A stretch of 64,000 bases of DNA from Alphaproteobacteria bacterium (GCA_963422645.2 CAXXVO010000017.1:234553-298552), one strand, 5' to 3'; positions 20,425 to 30,589 are shown, counted from the stretch's first letter. The notes: generated by a model from the sequence alone, not told the origin. Translations and numbers: made by a program.

Positions 20425-21980
20425 CGGAGCAGCAGGCGGCGCCTCGCCTCGTGGCCGACGCGGCGACGCTCCCGGTCGCGGCCGGGGGTTTTCCGGCCGC
20501 AGCGCCAGTCGATGCGGCGGACGCGCCCTATGGCGTTCTCGACGTCGGTTCGAACTCGATCCGCCTCGTGGTGTTCGAGGGGCTCACGCGTGCGCCGGCG
20601 CCGGTCTTCAACGAGCGCGAACTCTGTGGCCTCGGCGCCACCCTGGCCGAGACCGGGGCGCTCGCGCCCGACGCGGTGGAGCCCGCGCTCGATGCGCTGC
20701 GCCGCTTCGCCGCCGCCGCCACAGCGCTCGGCGTCGGTCCGCTCGACGCGGTGACAACGGCCGCGGTCCGCGACGCGATTGACGGCGCGCGCTTCTGCGC
20801 TGCCGTGGCCCGCGAGACCGGCTTCTCGCTCCGGATCCTCACGGGCGAGGAGGAGGCACGCTACGCCGCGCTCGGCGTGGTCTCGGCCTTTCCTGCGGCG
20901 AGCGGACTGATGGCGGACCTGGGCGGCGGCAGCCTCGAGCTGGTTCGCTTGGAGCAGGGGCAGCTCGCAGAGCACGCAACGCTGCCGCTCGGCGTGCTCC
21001 GTCTCGGTAGCCTGGCGCCTGACCGCCGCTCCGCGCTCGCGGCCGAGCGGCTCAAGGCGTTGCCCTGGCTCGATCGGGTGCGTGGCGAGCCGGTCTATCT
21101 CGTGGGCGGTGCGTGGCGGGCGCTGGCCCGGCTTCGCATGGCGGCCGAGCGGCACCCCATCCCCGTCGTTCATCACTATCGCATGACGCCGGCCGAAGCG
21201 CGCGAGGCCACCAAGGAGTACGCCGCCGCCGATCCCGCGACGCTTCGTCCGGGGCCGGAGGGAATGTTGCCCAGGCGGCTCGCGACCGTGCCGAGCGGCG
21301 CGTGTGCGCTGAAGGCATTGCTGAAAGTGGCGGGGCCGGGCGAGGTGCTGTTCTCCGCCTTCGGCCTGCGCGAGGGCCTGCTTTTCGATAGGCTGCCTGC
21401 GGCGGTGCAGGCGCAGGATCCGCTTCACGACGCCTGTCGGGCGATCGCGCGGCGGGACGGCCGCTCGCTCGTCTATGCCGAGGCTCTCGCCTCCTGGCTT
21501 GCACGGTCGACGCTCCCTATTTTTGAGCGGCATCGGGCTGTCCTACCGGCGGCGGCGTTCCTCTCCGAAATCGCCTGGCGCCAGCATCCGGACCTGCGCG
21601 CGTCCGATGCCTTCGTGCGCATCTCGCGCGCTCCCTTTGTCGGCATCGACCATGCGGGCCGGGTGTTTCTGGCGCTTGCCGTGGCCACCCGCTACAAGTC
21701 GCGCCTTCCCGTCGGGGCCGCCCGTCCGGTGAACCGACTGTTGCCGCAGGCGGTGCGGGCCGATGCCCGCGCGCTCGGGCTCGCGCTCAGGCTGGCCGAG
21801 CGGCTCTCCTGCGGGGAGCCGGCGGTGCTCGACGGCTCGCGGCTCGCGGCGGAGGACGGCCGCCTCGTGCTGCGGCTCGCGCCCGAGCACCGGCCGCTCG
21901 CATCGGGCAAGGCACGCACGGCGGCAGGAGCGCTGGCGCGGGCTCTGGGCCGCGCCATCACCTTCGAGGTGAATCGCTAA
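20421..21980 (+). CDS. ppx: Ppx/GppA exopolyphosphatase
   Basis: [25 protein letters not shown] and GLREG motifs; follows ppk1. Confidence 0.93.
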   Translation: MTEQQAAPRLVADAATLPVAAGGFPAAAPVDAADAPYGVLDVGSNSIRLVVFEGLTRAPAPVFNERELCGLGATLAETGALAPDAVEPALDALRRFAAAATALGVGPLDAVTTAAVRDAIDGARFCAAVARETGFSLRILTGEEEARYAALGVVSAFPAASGLMADLGGGSLELVRLEQGQLAEHATLPLGVLRLGSLAPDRRSALAAERLKALPWLDRVRGEPVYLVGGAWRALARLRMAAERHPIPVVHHYRMTPAEAREATKEYAAADPATLRPGPEGMLPRRLATVPSGACALKALLKVAGPGEVLFSAFGLREGLLFDRLPAAVQAQDPLHDACRAIARRDGRSLVYAEALASWLARSTLPIFERHRAVLPAAAFLSEIAWRQHPDLRASDAFVRISRAPFVGIDHAGRVFLALAVATRYKSRLPVGAARPVNRLLPQAVRADARALGLALRLAERLSCGEPAVLDGSRLAAEDGRLVLRLAPEHRPLASGKARTAAGALARALGRAITFEVNR

Positions 21981-22045
21981 CCCGCACTCTTCGCCACGGT
22001 CAGAGCCTGCGCCCTCAACGGGACGGGCCAGGCAAAATACTTGGC

Positions 22046-22093
22046 GGGATTCCCGGGATAAGTGGGATTAAGTGGGACAAGTGGGATTCCGGG
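22046..22093 (+). repeat. Tandem GGGAT-type repeat (six GGG tracts, 8-10 bp period)
   Basis: GGGATTCCCGGGATAAGTGGGATTAAGTGGGACAAGTGGGATTCCGGG; shares a 16-bp core with 45517-45532. Confidence 0.7.
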
Positions 22094-22286
22094 CGGTAGC
22101 CGCTCGCCAAGAATGCGGCCACTCGTCCTGCCTCCACCTGCCGCGATCTGCGCGCTCTTCATGGCGCAACAGTGGAGCGCCCGCCGCGCGCCCTGCACCG
22201 CACCATGGTCCGGGCATCCCGATCAGGACACCGGGTGGCCTTGCGCGCGCTCTCGCGCTATGAGGAACTTCGCTGCTGGTGCTCGT

Positions 22287-22371
22287 GCGGGCGTGGCGGA
22301 AGCGGTAGACGCGCGGGTCTCAAAAACCCGTTCCTTCGGGAGTGTGAGTTCGAGTCTCACCGCCCGCACCA
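22287..22371 (+). tRNA. tRNA-Leu(CAA)
   Basis: GCGGGCGTGGCGGAAGCGGTAGACGC...CT-CAA-AA...long variable arm...GTTCGAGTC...CGCCCGCACCA. Confidence 0.96.
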
Positions 22372-22382
22372 AGCGCCAACTA

Positions 22383-22459
22383 TGTCGCTCACGGCAGCCG
22401 GCCTGCGGCCGGCGCCTGCGCGGCCTGTCGCGAGTCCGTCGAAGACGGACCCGCTCTAG
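22383..22459 (-). repeat. CTAGAGC-headed intergenic repeat, copy 1
   Basis: Reverse complement aligns with 45252-45361; the CTAG contains the glnT stop codon. Confidence 0.8.
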
Positions 22460-23763
22460 CAATCCAGGGTGTTGCTGCGCTCCCAGTCGGAGATCGTGCC
22501 GGCGAATTCGTTCCACTCGCTCGTCTTGAGCTTGACGTAGCTCTTCACGAAGCTCTCGCCGAAGCCCGCGCGCACCACCTTGTCCTTCTCGAAGAGCCTG
22601 AGCGCGTCGAGCAGGTTGAGCGGCAGCCTGCGCGCACCGCGCAGCTTGTGGCCCTCGGCATAGAGGTTGAGGTCGGTGCGCGCGCCGGGCTCGCGCTGGT
22701 TCTCGATGCCGTCGAGTCCGGCGACGACCACGCCCGCCTGCAGCAAGTAGGGGTTCGACGCGCCGTCCATCAGCCTCAGTTCGAAGCGCCCGGCATCGGG
22801 AATGCGCACCATGGTCGAGCGGTTGTTGCCGCCGTAGGCCACCACGTTGGGCGACCACGTGGCGCCGGAGAGCGTGACCGGCGCGTTGATTCGTTTGTAG
22901 CTGTTCACGGTCGGGTTCCAGAGCGCACAGAGCGCAGGCGCGCGCTGCATGATGCCGCCCAGGAACTGATAGCCGAGCTCGGAGATGCCAAGCTCGCCCT
23001 TGGCATCGTGGAACAGGTTCTTCTTGCCGGAATTATTCCAGATCGAGACATGGGCGTGGCAGCCGTTGCCCGTCAGGTTGGAGAAGGGTTTTGGCATGAA
23101 GGTCGCGCGCAGCCCGTGCTTCTCGGCCAGCGACTTCACCATGTACTTGAAGAAGACGTGGCGGTCGGCGGTGACCAGCACGTCGTCATAGTCCCAGTTC
23201 ATCTCGAACTGGCCGTTGGCGTCCTCGTGGTCGTTCTGATAGGGGCCCCAGCCCAGGTCCAGCATGGCGTCGCAGATTTCGGAGACCACGTCGTAGCGGC
23301 GCATCAGGGCCGCCTGATCGTAGCAGGGCTTGGACTGGGTATCGAGCGGGTCGGAGATCGCGGTGCCGTCCGCGCTCACGATGAAGTACTCCGCCTCGAC
23401 CCCGGTCTTGACCCGGTAGCCTTGCTTCTTCGCCTCGTCGAGCTTGCTCTTGAGCTTGAGCCGGGGCGTGTCCGGCATGGGCTCGCCGTTCATCCAGCAA
23501 TCGCCGGCGAGCCAGCCGACATCCGGCTTCCAGGGCAGCTGGATCAGGCTCGCGGGGTCGGGCTTGACCAGCATGTCGGGATGGGCGGGCGTCGAATCGA
23601 GCCAGGCGGCGAAGGCGGCGAAGCCCGCGCCATCCTCCTGCATGCCCGCGATCGCCTGCGCCGGCACCAGCTTGGCGCGGAGCACGCCGAACAGGTCCAC
23701 GAAGCTGATCAGGAAATAGCGAATCTTCTTCTGTTTCGCGGCCTGAGCCAGGTCCACGGCCAT
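22456..23763 (-). CDS. glnT: Type III glutamate-ammonia ligase / gamma-glutamylmethylamide synthetase-like (GlnT/GmaS)
   Basis: IRYFLISFVDLFG.LRAKLVP, KPCYDQAALMRRYDV, QNDHEDANGQFEMNW and ATFMPKPF motifs. Confidence 0.88.
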   Translation of the reverse strand: MAVDLAQAAKQKKIRYFLISFVDLFGVLRAKLVPAQAIAGMQEDGAGFAAFAAWLDSTPAHPDMLVKPDPASLIQLPWKPDVGWLAGDCWMNGEPMPDTPRLKLKSKLDEAKKQGYRVKTGVEAEYFIVSADGTAISDPLDTQSKPCYDQAALMRRYDVVSEICDAMLDLGWGPYQNDHEDANGQFEMNWDYDDVLVTADRHVFFKYMVKSLAEKHGLRATFMPKPFSNLTGNGCHAHVSIWNNSGKKNLFHDAKGELGISELGYQFLGGIMQRAPALCALWNPTVNSYKRINAPVTLSGATWSPNVVAYGGNNRSTMVRIPDAGRFELRLMDGASNPYLLQAGVVVAGLDGIENQREPGARTDLNLYAEGHKLRGARRLPLNLLDALRLFEKDKVVRAGFGESFVKSYVKLKTSEWNEFAGTISDWERSNTLDC

Positions 23764-23804
23764 CACTCCTTACTCCCTTGTCTCGGATGCGCGTCGGCGG
23801 GCTG

Positions 23805-24515
23805 CTACCAGGGCAGCTCCCTGCCGTCATACTGGAAGAAGCGGCCGGTCTGGCCGCCGCCATAGTTCGCCACCACCTGGCGGATGCCGGCGATGCTGTC
23901 CACCTTGTTGACAGGCGCGTCGGGCCCGCCCATGTCGGTCACCACCCAGCCGGGATGGACCGCGATCGTGCGCACCCCGCGCGGTGCGAGATCGATGGAG
24001 AGTCCCTTGACCAGCAGGTTCAGCGCCGCCTTGCTCGAGCGGTAGGGATAGAGACCGCCGTCGGCCAGCTCGGTGATGCAGCCCATGTGGGTCGACATGA
24101 AGAGGAGCAGCTTCATCTCGCTCGCCGCGACGTGGTCGACGAAGGCCTCGGTGACGCGGAGCGGCGCCATGGTGTTGATCTCGTGCACCTGCATCCAGGC
24201 GTCGTAGTCGATGCTACCGAAGGCGGCCGGCCCCATCGCGTCGATCGAGCAGCCGAGCAGGCCCGCGTTGTTGACCAGCATGTCGATCGGCGTGCCGCGA
24301 AACTCGTCTGCGAGCGCCGCGATCTGCTCCGGCTTGCTCACGTCGAGGGTGTGCAGCGTGATCGCGCCGTCGGAGCGCGCGGCGAGCGCGGCAAGCTCGG
24401 TGGCGGTCTCGGGCGTCCGGCAGCAGGCATAGATGCGCCAGCCGTCGCCCACGAATTGCCGCACAATTTCAAGGCCGAGCCCCCTGCTCGCACCGGTGAC
24501 CAGCATTGACGACAT
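23805..24515 (-). CDS. Short-chain dehydrogenase (CsgA/C-factor-like)
   Basis: TGASRGLG, NNAG, YRSSK, HPGWVVTDMGG; C-terminal ELPW. Confidence 0.9.
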   Translation of the reverse strand: MSSMLVTGASRGLGLEIVRQFVGDGWRIYACCRTPETATELAALAARSDGAITLHTLDVSKPEQIAALADEFRGTPIDMLVNNAGLLGCSIDAMGPAAFGSIDYDAWMQVHEINTMAPLRVTEAFVDHVAASEMKLLLFMSTHMGCITELADGGLYPYRSSKAALNLLVKGLSIDLAPRGVRTIAVHPGWVVTDMGGPDAPVNKVDSIAGIRQVVANYGGGQTGRFFQYDGRELPW

Positions 24516-24712
24516 CGCCAGAACCCTCCCTTGCCCTCAAGCGGCGGCAGAATAGCGAACCCCGCCGCACCGACAAGGGCAGAGGCTTGCGGGCAGAGCC
24601 CCACCGCACGCGGCAGCCGACGAAGCGTCTGCCAAGAAGAGGGCCGGACCACAGGTCCGGACGGCGCGACCGCGCCGCGCGCCGAATGGCGCGTAAGCCA
24701 AGCGAACGGAGT

Positions 24713-24792
24713 GAGCGCCCGGCGCCTGAGGGAAGACATAAAGAGCGAGCGCCCGGCGCTTGAGGGAAATAATTAAATCAGCGCCCGGCGCC
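24713..24792 (+). repeat. Tandem direct repeats GAGCGCCCGGCGC(C/T)TGAGGGAA, two full copies plus a partial third
   Basis: Copies at 24713-24734, 24747-24768 and 24780-24792, separated by A-rich spacers. Confidence 0.75.
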
Positions 24793-24804
24793 ACGTGCGT
24801 GCGA

Positions 24805-24851
24805 CCCCTCCTCACCCCGACCCTCTCCTCCCCAGCAGGGAGGAGAGGGAG
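24805..24851. repeat. Alphaproteobacterial palindromic REP-like element
   Basis: CCTCACCCCGA-CCCTCTCCTCCC-CAGCA-GGGAGGAGAGGG, 12-bp perfect stem. Confidence 0.7.
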
Positions 24852-25020
24852 AAATAGTCGGCGCCGTCTTCGTCCCCCCTCCGCCCAGCGGGGGTCTCCA
24901 AGTGATCCGATACGTTCTTCCTGCCGCCTACGTCATGCGCTTTGCCCGATCTGGACCCTATAGGTCCGCGTGGCCATACTGGCGGCATAGGTTCGGCGCC
25001 AGGGAGAAGGAGCGCAATTC

Positions 25021-26157
25021 ATGTCGTCCATTCCGTCCGCCCTGGAGATCACCAGGGACATCGTCCGCATGGACACCCGCAATCCCCCTGGCCGCGAGGT
25101 GGAGTGCGCCCATTATCTGGGCGACCTGCTGAGCGCCGCGGGGATCGAGGTCTCCTACCACGAGTTCGCGCCGGAGCGGACGAGCCTGGTCGCGGTGCTG
25201 CGCGGCGAAGGCGGCAACGGCAAGAAGCCGCTCTGCTTCGGCGGGCATATCGACGTGGTGCCGCTCGGCGCCAAGGAGTGGTCGGTGGACCCCTTCGGCG
25301 CCGACATCGTGGACGGCAAGCTCTTTGGCCGCGGCACCACCGACATGAAGGCCGGCATCTCCGCCTTCGTCCACGTCGCGCTGAAACTCGCAGCCGAGGA
25401 GAAGCGCGGCGCGGCTGACATGGTGATGGCGATCTGCGCTGGCGAGGAGACCGGTTGCGAAGGCTCCTACCACCTGGCCGAGATCGGCGCGCTCGGCGAG
25501 GCCGGCGCCATCGTCATCGCCGAGCCGACCTCGAACTACCCGATCCTTGGCCACAAGGGCGCGCTCTGGCTGAAGGTGGAGACCGAAGGCGTCACCGCCC
25601 ACGGCTCGATGCCCGAGCACGGCGACAACGCGCTCTACAAGGCGGCGCGCTCGGTGACCGCGCTCGAGGAGTTCGATTTCAACGTGATGCCCCACGAGCT
25701 GCTCGGAAGGTCGACCCTCAACGTCGGCACCATGCAGGGCGGGCTCAACCTCAACTCGGTGCCGGATCATGCCGAGTTCACCGTCGACATCAGGACGCTG
25801 CCCGGGCAGGACCACGCAGAGATTTTCTCGGGCCTGGAGGGCTACCTCGGCGACGAGAACAAGATCGCCCGCGTGGTCGATTGCGGCGGTGTGCACACCC
25901 CGCATACCCACCCGTGGATTCAGGAAATCTATGCGGTGATGGAGCCGATCCTCGGTGAGAAGATCGAGCCGCGCGGTGCGCCATACTTCACCGACGCCTC
26001 GGCGCTGATGCCGGCCTACGGGCGCCCACCGACGATAATCCTCGGACCCGGCGAAATGCACATGGCCCACCAGACGGACGAGTACTGTCCCGTGGCTCAC
26101 GTCGAGCAGGCGGCGGAGACCTACGAGATACTGGCCCGCAACTGGTGCGGCTACTGA
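25021..26157 (+). CDS. M20 family metallopeptidase/deacylase (ArgE/DapE-like)
   Basis: GHIDVVP, GRGTTDMKAG, GEETG, IAEPT, AHGS and AHQTDEY motifs. Confidence 0.92.
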   Translation: MSSIPSALEITRDIVRMDTRNPPGREVECAHYLGDLLSAAGIEVSYHEFAPERTSLVAVLRGEGGNGKKPLCFGGHIDVVPLGAKEWSVDPFGADIVDGKLFGRGTTDMKAGISAFVHVALKLAAEEKRGAADMVMAICAGEETGCEGSYHLAEIGALGEAGAIVIAEPTSNYPILGHKGALWLKVETEGVTAHGSMPEHGDNALYKAARSVTALEEFDFNVMPHELLGRSTLNVGTMQGGLNLNSVPDHAEFTVDIRTLPGQDHAEIFSGLEGYLGDENKIARVVDCGGVHTPHTHPWIQEIYAVMEPILGEKIEPRGAPYFTDASALMPAYGRPPTIILGPGEMHMAHQTDEYCPVAHVEQAAETYEILARNWCGY

Positions 26158-26282
26158 GCGGGTGCCGGAGGGCGCGGACGGAGCGCTTGTGGACTCGAGC
26201 GCGGGCGCGGTTGTACGCTTCCGGCAGGGATTGAGCCGTGCGGGCCGCTAAGGGCCCCGGCTTCGATGGGGAGGCAACCTCC

Positions 26283-27041
26283 ATGAAGATCATGATCATC
26301 AACCCCAACTCATCGCAGGACATGACCGACGCCGATGCCGTGGCCGGGCGCTCGGTTGCGCGGGAGGGGACCGAAGTCGTGGCGGTGACGCCCGACTACG
26401 CGCCGGCCTCGATCGAATCCTTCTATGACGAATACCTGTGCGTGCCGGGAATCCTGAACGAGATCCGCAAGGGCGATCAACAAGGCTTCGACGCCTACAT
26501 CATCGCCTGCTACGGCGACCCAGGCCTGCACGCCGCGCGCGAGATGACCGACAAGCCGGTGATCGGGATCGCGGAAGCCTCGCTCTACATGGCCTGCCAG
26601 CTCGCGGCGCGGGTCGCGATCGTCACCATCATCCCGCGCTTCCGCGTGCCGGTTGAGGACATGGTCGCGGGCTACGGGCTCAGCAGCAGGGTGATCGTGC
26701 GCACCTCGCCGGTCTACGTGCTCGACGTTGAGCAGGACTACGAGGGCTCGCTCGAGAAGCTGCGGCAGGAATGCTATCGCGCCCGCGACGAGGACGATGC
26801 CGAGGCGATTTGCCTCGGCTGCGCCGGCTTCGCGGAGTTCGCCGACGGGCTCGAAGCCGAGCTCGGCATCCCGGTGCTCGACGGGGTTGTGTGCGCCACC
26901 AAGATGGCCGAGGGCATCGTCGAGATCGGGCGCAAGACGAGCAAGTGGAAGACCTACAGGTTCCCGGAGCAGAAGTCATTCACCGGGATGTTGCAGCAGT
27001 TCGGTACCGAGGCTACGGCCGGTAGGGCCGCCGCCGAGTAA
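26283..27041 (+). CDS. Hydantoin/allantoin racemase (Asp/Glu racemase family)
   Basis: MKIMIINPNSS; catalytic Cys pair in IACYGDPG and LGCAG. Confidence 0.9.
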   Translation: MKIMIINPNSSQDMTDADAVAGRSVAREGTEVVAVTPDYAPASIESFYDEYLCVPGILNEIRKGDQQGFDAYIIACYGDPGLHAAREMTDKPVIGIAEASLYMACQLAARVAIVTIIPRFRVPVEDMVAGYGLSSRVIVRTSPVYVLDVEQDYEGSLEKLRQECYRARDEDDAEAICLGCAGFAEFADGLEAELGIPVLDGVVCATKMAEGIVEIGRKTSKWKTYRFPEQKSFTGMLQQFGTEATAGRAAAE

Positions 27042-27105
27042 GCACCGGCCGCCCGGTGCGAACCGGGCGCCGTCACCGAATTATGGGAGGCTAAAGGAGG
27101 CAGAG

Positions 27106-28410
27106 ATGGACAGCGCACACCTTGACAAGAGGCACGAGAAGTTCTGCGACGACGCCGAGACACGCTCGCGCTCAGCGGCCGGGCTCGACCGGCGCGAGTT
27201 CATGGCGGCGGCAGGCGCCACGGCCGTGGTTGCCGCGGCCGGCCTGGCGGCGACCGAAGCCGAGGCCGCATTCTCCGACCGGGTTGCCGGCATCACCCAG
27301 GACGAACCGATGGAGATCATCGGCACCGGGGTCTCCGCGCAGGAGCGCTTCTTCAGGAAGTTCGAGGAGATGAGCGGCGGGCTCCAGGTCACCGGGCAGG
27401 TCGCGAGCCTCGCCGATTCGGTCCAGAAGTGGATGACCGGTGGTTACGAGACCTTCTCGATGATCGAGACCAACGCCTTCCGCACGCCGGCGCTCCGGGA
27501 GGCGGAGACGATTGCGCCGATCCCGGTGGAGAAGATCACCAACTGGGAGTTCGCCGATACACTCTTCTCCGACCCCGCTCACGTCGGTGCCGATCACACC
27601 AGCGGCTGGCCGGTCGAGATGGTCTATTGGGACGACACCCGCACCTCGTTCGGGATGCTGCCCCAGATCTACAACATGGATGCGCTCGGCATCCTCCCTC
27701 ACAAGTTCGCCGAAACCCAGACGGATCGGCTCACGCCGGACACGCTCGGGGTGCTCTACGAGGGCCAGTGGCGCGACGTGGACGTGCGGGGCAAGGTCTC
27801 GATCCAGAACGAGGACCTGATCGGCCCGCCGCGCTGCGCGAGCTATCTGGTGAAGAACCGCAAGATGGACCCGGTCACGGTCGGCTACGGCGATCTCGAG
27901 CCGGACGAGCTCAAGAACGTCATCGACTTCTTGATCGGTGCCAAGCAGGACGGCGTCTTCCGCGCGCTCTGGACCAACTACGGCGAGGCGGTGAACCTGC
28001 TCGCCTCCGAGGAGGTCTGGGGCATCGACTGCTGGAACCCGGTGATCGAGGACGTGAAGAAGCGTGGCATTCCCTGCTTTTATGTCGACGTCTGGGAGGG
28101 CACCGGAGCCTGGTATTACGGCATGTGCCTCTCCAGCGAGGCGCCGCAGCCCGAGGTCGCCATGGCCTATATGGACTGGTGCCTCGAAGGCTGGCGCGGC
28201 GCGGCCGATGCCGAGCAGGGCTACTATTCGCCTTGCCCGGACACCGCGCGGAACTACATGACCGAAGAGGCGTGGCTGAAGTGGTACGAGGGGCGCGGGC
28301 GCGACACCGGACCCAAGCTCCGGCGCCAATCCAACATCGCCTACTGGATGATCTGGCCGCGCCAGATCACGCTCTTCATCAAGGAGTGGAACCGCTTCCT
28401 CGCCGCTTGA
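27106..28410 (+). CDS. Tat-exported ABC substrate-binding protein (PotD/PotF-like)
   Basis: LDRREFM twin-arginine signal; EAVNLLASEEV and YMDWCLEGW resemble polyamine-type binding proteins. Confidence 0.7.
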   Translation: MDSAHLDKRHEKFCDDAETRSRSAAGLDRREFMAAAGATAVVAAAGLAATEAEAAFSDRVAGITQDEPMEIIGTGVSAQERFFRKFEEMSGGLQVTGQVASLADSVQKWMTGGYETFSMIETNAFRTPALREAETIAPIPVEKITNWEFADTLFSDPAHVGADHTSGWPVEMVYWDDTRTSFGMLPQIYNMDALGILPHKFAETQTDRLTPDTLGVLYEGQWRDVDVRGKVSIQNEDLIGPPRCASYLVKNRKMDPVTVGYGDLEPDELKNVIDFLIGAKQDGVFRALWTNYGEAVNLLASEEVWGIDCWNPVIEDVKKRGIPCFYVDVWEGTGAWYYGMCLSSEAPQPEVAMAYMDWCLEGWRGAADAEQGYYSPCPDTARNYMTEEAWLKWYEGRGRDTGPKLRRQSNIAYWMIWPRQITLFIKEWNRFLAA

Positions 28411-28425
28411 GGAATCTCTCTCCTC

Positions 28426-28457
28426 GCCCCGCCGGCACCGGGTCGTGCCGGCGGGGC
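28426..28457 (+). terminator. GC hairpin after the binding-protein gene
   Basis: GCCCCGCCGGCAC-CGGGTC-GTGCCGGCGGGGC. Confidence 0.55.
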
Positions 28458-28546
28458 AACGCGCTCCCAGGCGCACGTGAGGGCGCGGGCCTCTGCGCGT
28501 TCCTCAGGCGGACCCTTCGAGCCGTCCCCGCATATCGGGAGCATTC

Positions 28547-30589
28547 ATGAGCCTTCGCATCGCCATCGATACCGGGGGAACGTTTACGGACGTTATCGCA
28601 ATTGACGAGAAGACGGGCGAGCAGCTTGCCATCAAGACGCCGAGCACGCCCGACGATCCGAGCCGGGGTCTGATCAACGGGATTCAGGAAGTCGTCGGCG
28701 AGACCGACGCACAACTAAGCCAGATCCTGCACGGCACCACGACGGCGACGAATGCCGTGCTCGAGCATCGTTTCGAAGGGCTCGGCCTGCTCGTGACATC
28801 CGGCTTTCGCCACATCATCGAGATCGCGCGCCAATCCGTGCCCGACGGCTACGGCAACTCCTTCTTCTGGGTGAAGCCGCCCAGGCTCGTGCCGCTTCAT
28901 CTGGTCCAGGAGGTGACGGAGCGCATGAGCTACGACGGCTCCGTCATGACGCCTCTCGACGAGAAGAGCGTGATCGAAGCGGTGGACCATCTCGTCGATT
29001 TCGGCGCCACGCGCATCGCCGTCTGTCTGCTCCATTCCTATGCGAACCCGGCGCATGAACAGCGTGTCGGTGCGATCATCGAGGAGAACTTTCCCGACGC
29101 CTTCGTGTCCCTGTCGTCGGTCGTCCTGCCTGAGTACCGCGAGTACGAACGCGCGATGACGACGTTGATCGACGTGATGGTCAAGCCCTACTGCCAGACC
29201 TATCTCGGTCGCGCCCGCGACAGGATCGCGGAGGGCTCGGGCGACAAGCCCTTCCTGATCATGCAGTCCAATGGCGGGATCGTCTCCAGCGAGGCCGCCG
29301 GCGAGAAGCCGGTGACGATGCTGCTCTCGGGGCCGGCGGGGGGCGTCCTCGGCGCCACCCATATGGCGAACCTCGCCGGCTACAGCGATATCCTGACGCT
29401 CGATGTCGGCGGCACATCCACCGATGTCTCGCTGGTGCGCGGGCTCACGCCGCAACTCTCGACACACACCACGATCGAGCACTATCCGGTCAAGACGCCC
29501 ATGCTGGATGTCGTGGCCGTCGGCGCCGGCGGTGGATCGCTCGCCTGGATCGATCCCTACGGTGCGCTCAAGGTCGGCCCGGAGAGCGCGGGCGCCGATC
29601 CTGGACCCATCTGCTATCGGCGCGGCGGAAGCGAGCCCACGGTGACGGACGCGGGCGTGGTGCTGGGGCGCTTGCCGGGAGCGTTGATCGGCGGCGGTCT
29701 CAAGCTGGACGTCGATGCCGCGCGCGGCGCCTTCGAGACGCTCGGGAAGAAACTCGGCCTCTCTGCGGAGGAAGCGGCCGCCGGTGTCCTCGAGATTGCT
29801 GCTTCCAACCAGGTGCAGGGCATTCGCAAGGTGACGACGACGCGCGGGCTCGACCCCGGCGACTACGCGATGATCGCCTTCGGCGGCGCGGGCGGCCTGT
29901 TCGCCGCCGATGTGGCGGACTTCCTCGGAATCAAGGTCGCGGTCTCGCCGCCCAATCCGGGCAACCTCTCCGCCTTCGGCCTGCACGTCTGCGATATCAA
30001 GCGCGACTACGTGCGCACTCTGGTGCGCCAACAGTCGACCGCCTCGGTCGATAAGCTTGACGGGTTATGGGCTGACCTCGAACGGCTGGGTTGCGACGAG
30101 ATCGCGGCCGAGGGCGTGGCGCGCGAGGCGATCCAGCTCGAAAGGAGTGCCGACGTTCGCTACGTCGGTGAAGGCCACGAGGTGCTGGTCTCGATCCCGG
30201 CCGGCCTTTCCGGCGCCGAAGCCGTCGAGCACATGTGGTCGGACTTTCACCGGGTCCATGACGACACCTTCGGCTTCCATTACAAAGGCAGCCAGGATGT
30301 CGAGGTCGTAAGCCTGCGCGTGCAGGCGATCGGGCGCATGCACCGCCCTGCCGTGCGCACGGTCGAGCCGGGTTCGGACTCGTGCAGCCCTGCCGGGTCG
30401 CGCGATGTCTACTGGCGCGGCCGGGGTTGGGTATCCTGCCCCATCTGGCGCCGGGAGGGCTTGTCCCGGAACTTTGCCACGCAGGGGCCGGGTATCGTCG
30501 AGGAGTACGGCTCGACCCTCGTGGTGCCCGAGGGCTGGGCCCTCAGGAATGACGATTACGGCAACCTCATCCTGGAGAAAGAGGCATGA
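28547..30589 (+). CDS. Hydantoinase A / oxoprolinase family subunit
   Basis: IDTGGTFTD, HGTTTATNA, SGPAGG, DVGGTSTD and SAGADPGP motifs. Confidence 0.94.
   Translation: MSLRIAIDTGGTFTDVIAIDEKTGEQLAIKTPSTPDDPSRGLINGIQEVVGETDAQLSQILHGTTTATNAVLEHRFEGLGLLVTSGFRHIIEIARQSVPDGYGNSFFWVKPPRLVPLHLVQEVTERMSYDGSVMTPLDEKSVIEAVDHLVDFGATRIAVCLLHSYANPAHEQRVGAIIEENFPDAFVSLSSVVLPEYREYERAMTTLIDVMVKPYCQTYLGRARDRIAEGSGDKPFLIMQSNGGIVSSEAAGEKPVTMLLSGPAGGVLGATHMANLAGYSDILTLDVGGTSTDVSLVRGLTPQLSTHTTIEHYPVKTPMLDVVAVGAGGGSLAWIDPYGALKVGPESAGADPGPICYRRGGSEPTVTDAGVVLGRLPGALIGGGLKLDVDAARGAFETLGKKLGLSAEEAAAGVLEIAASNQVQGIRKVTTTRGLDPGDYAMIAFGGAGGLFAADVADFLGIKVAVSPPNPGNLSAFGLHVCDIKRDYVRTLVRQQSTASVDKLDGLWADLERLGCDEIAAEGVAREAIQLERSADVRYVGEGHEVLVSIPAGLSGAEAVEHMWSDFHRVHDDTFGFHYKGSQDVEVVSLRVQAIGRMHRPAVRTVEPGSDSCSPAGSRDVYWRGRGWVSCPIWRREGLSRNFATQGPGIVEEYGSTLVVPEGWALRNDDYGNLILEKEA

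Noticed and set aside
22287-22460. tRNA-anchored integrative island at tRNA-Leu, tRNA-Gly or tRNA-Thr
   Set aside because: No integrase and no duplicated tRNA 3' end noticed in the window.
24713-24792. Possible mini-CRISPR array
   Set aside because: Spacers are only 11-12 bp, there are 2.5 repeats, no cas genes are present, and the same motif is dispersed elsewhere as a REP-like element.
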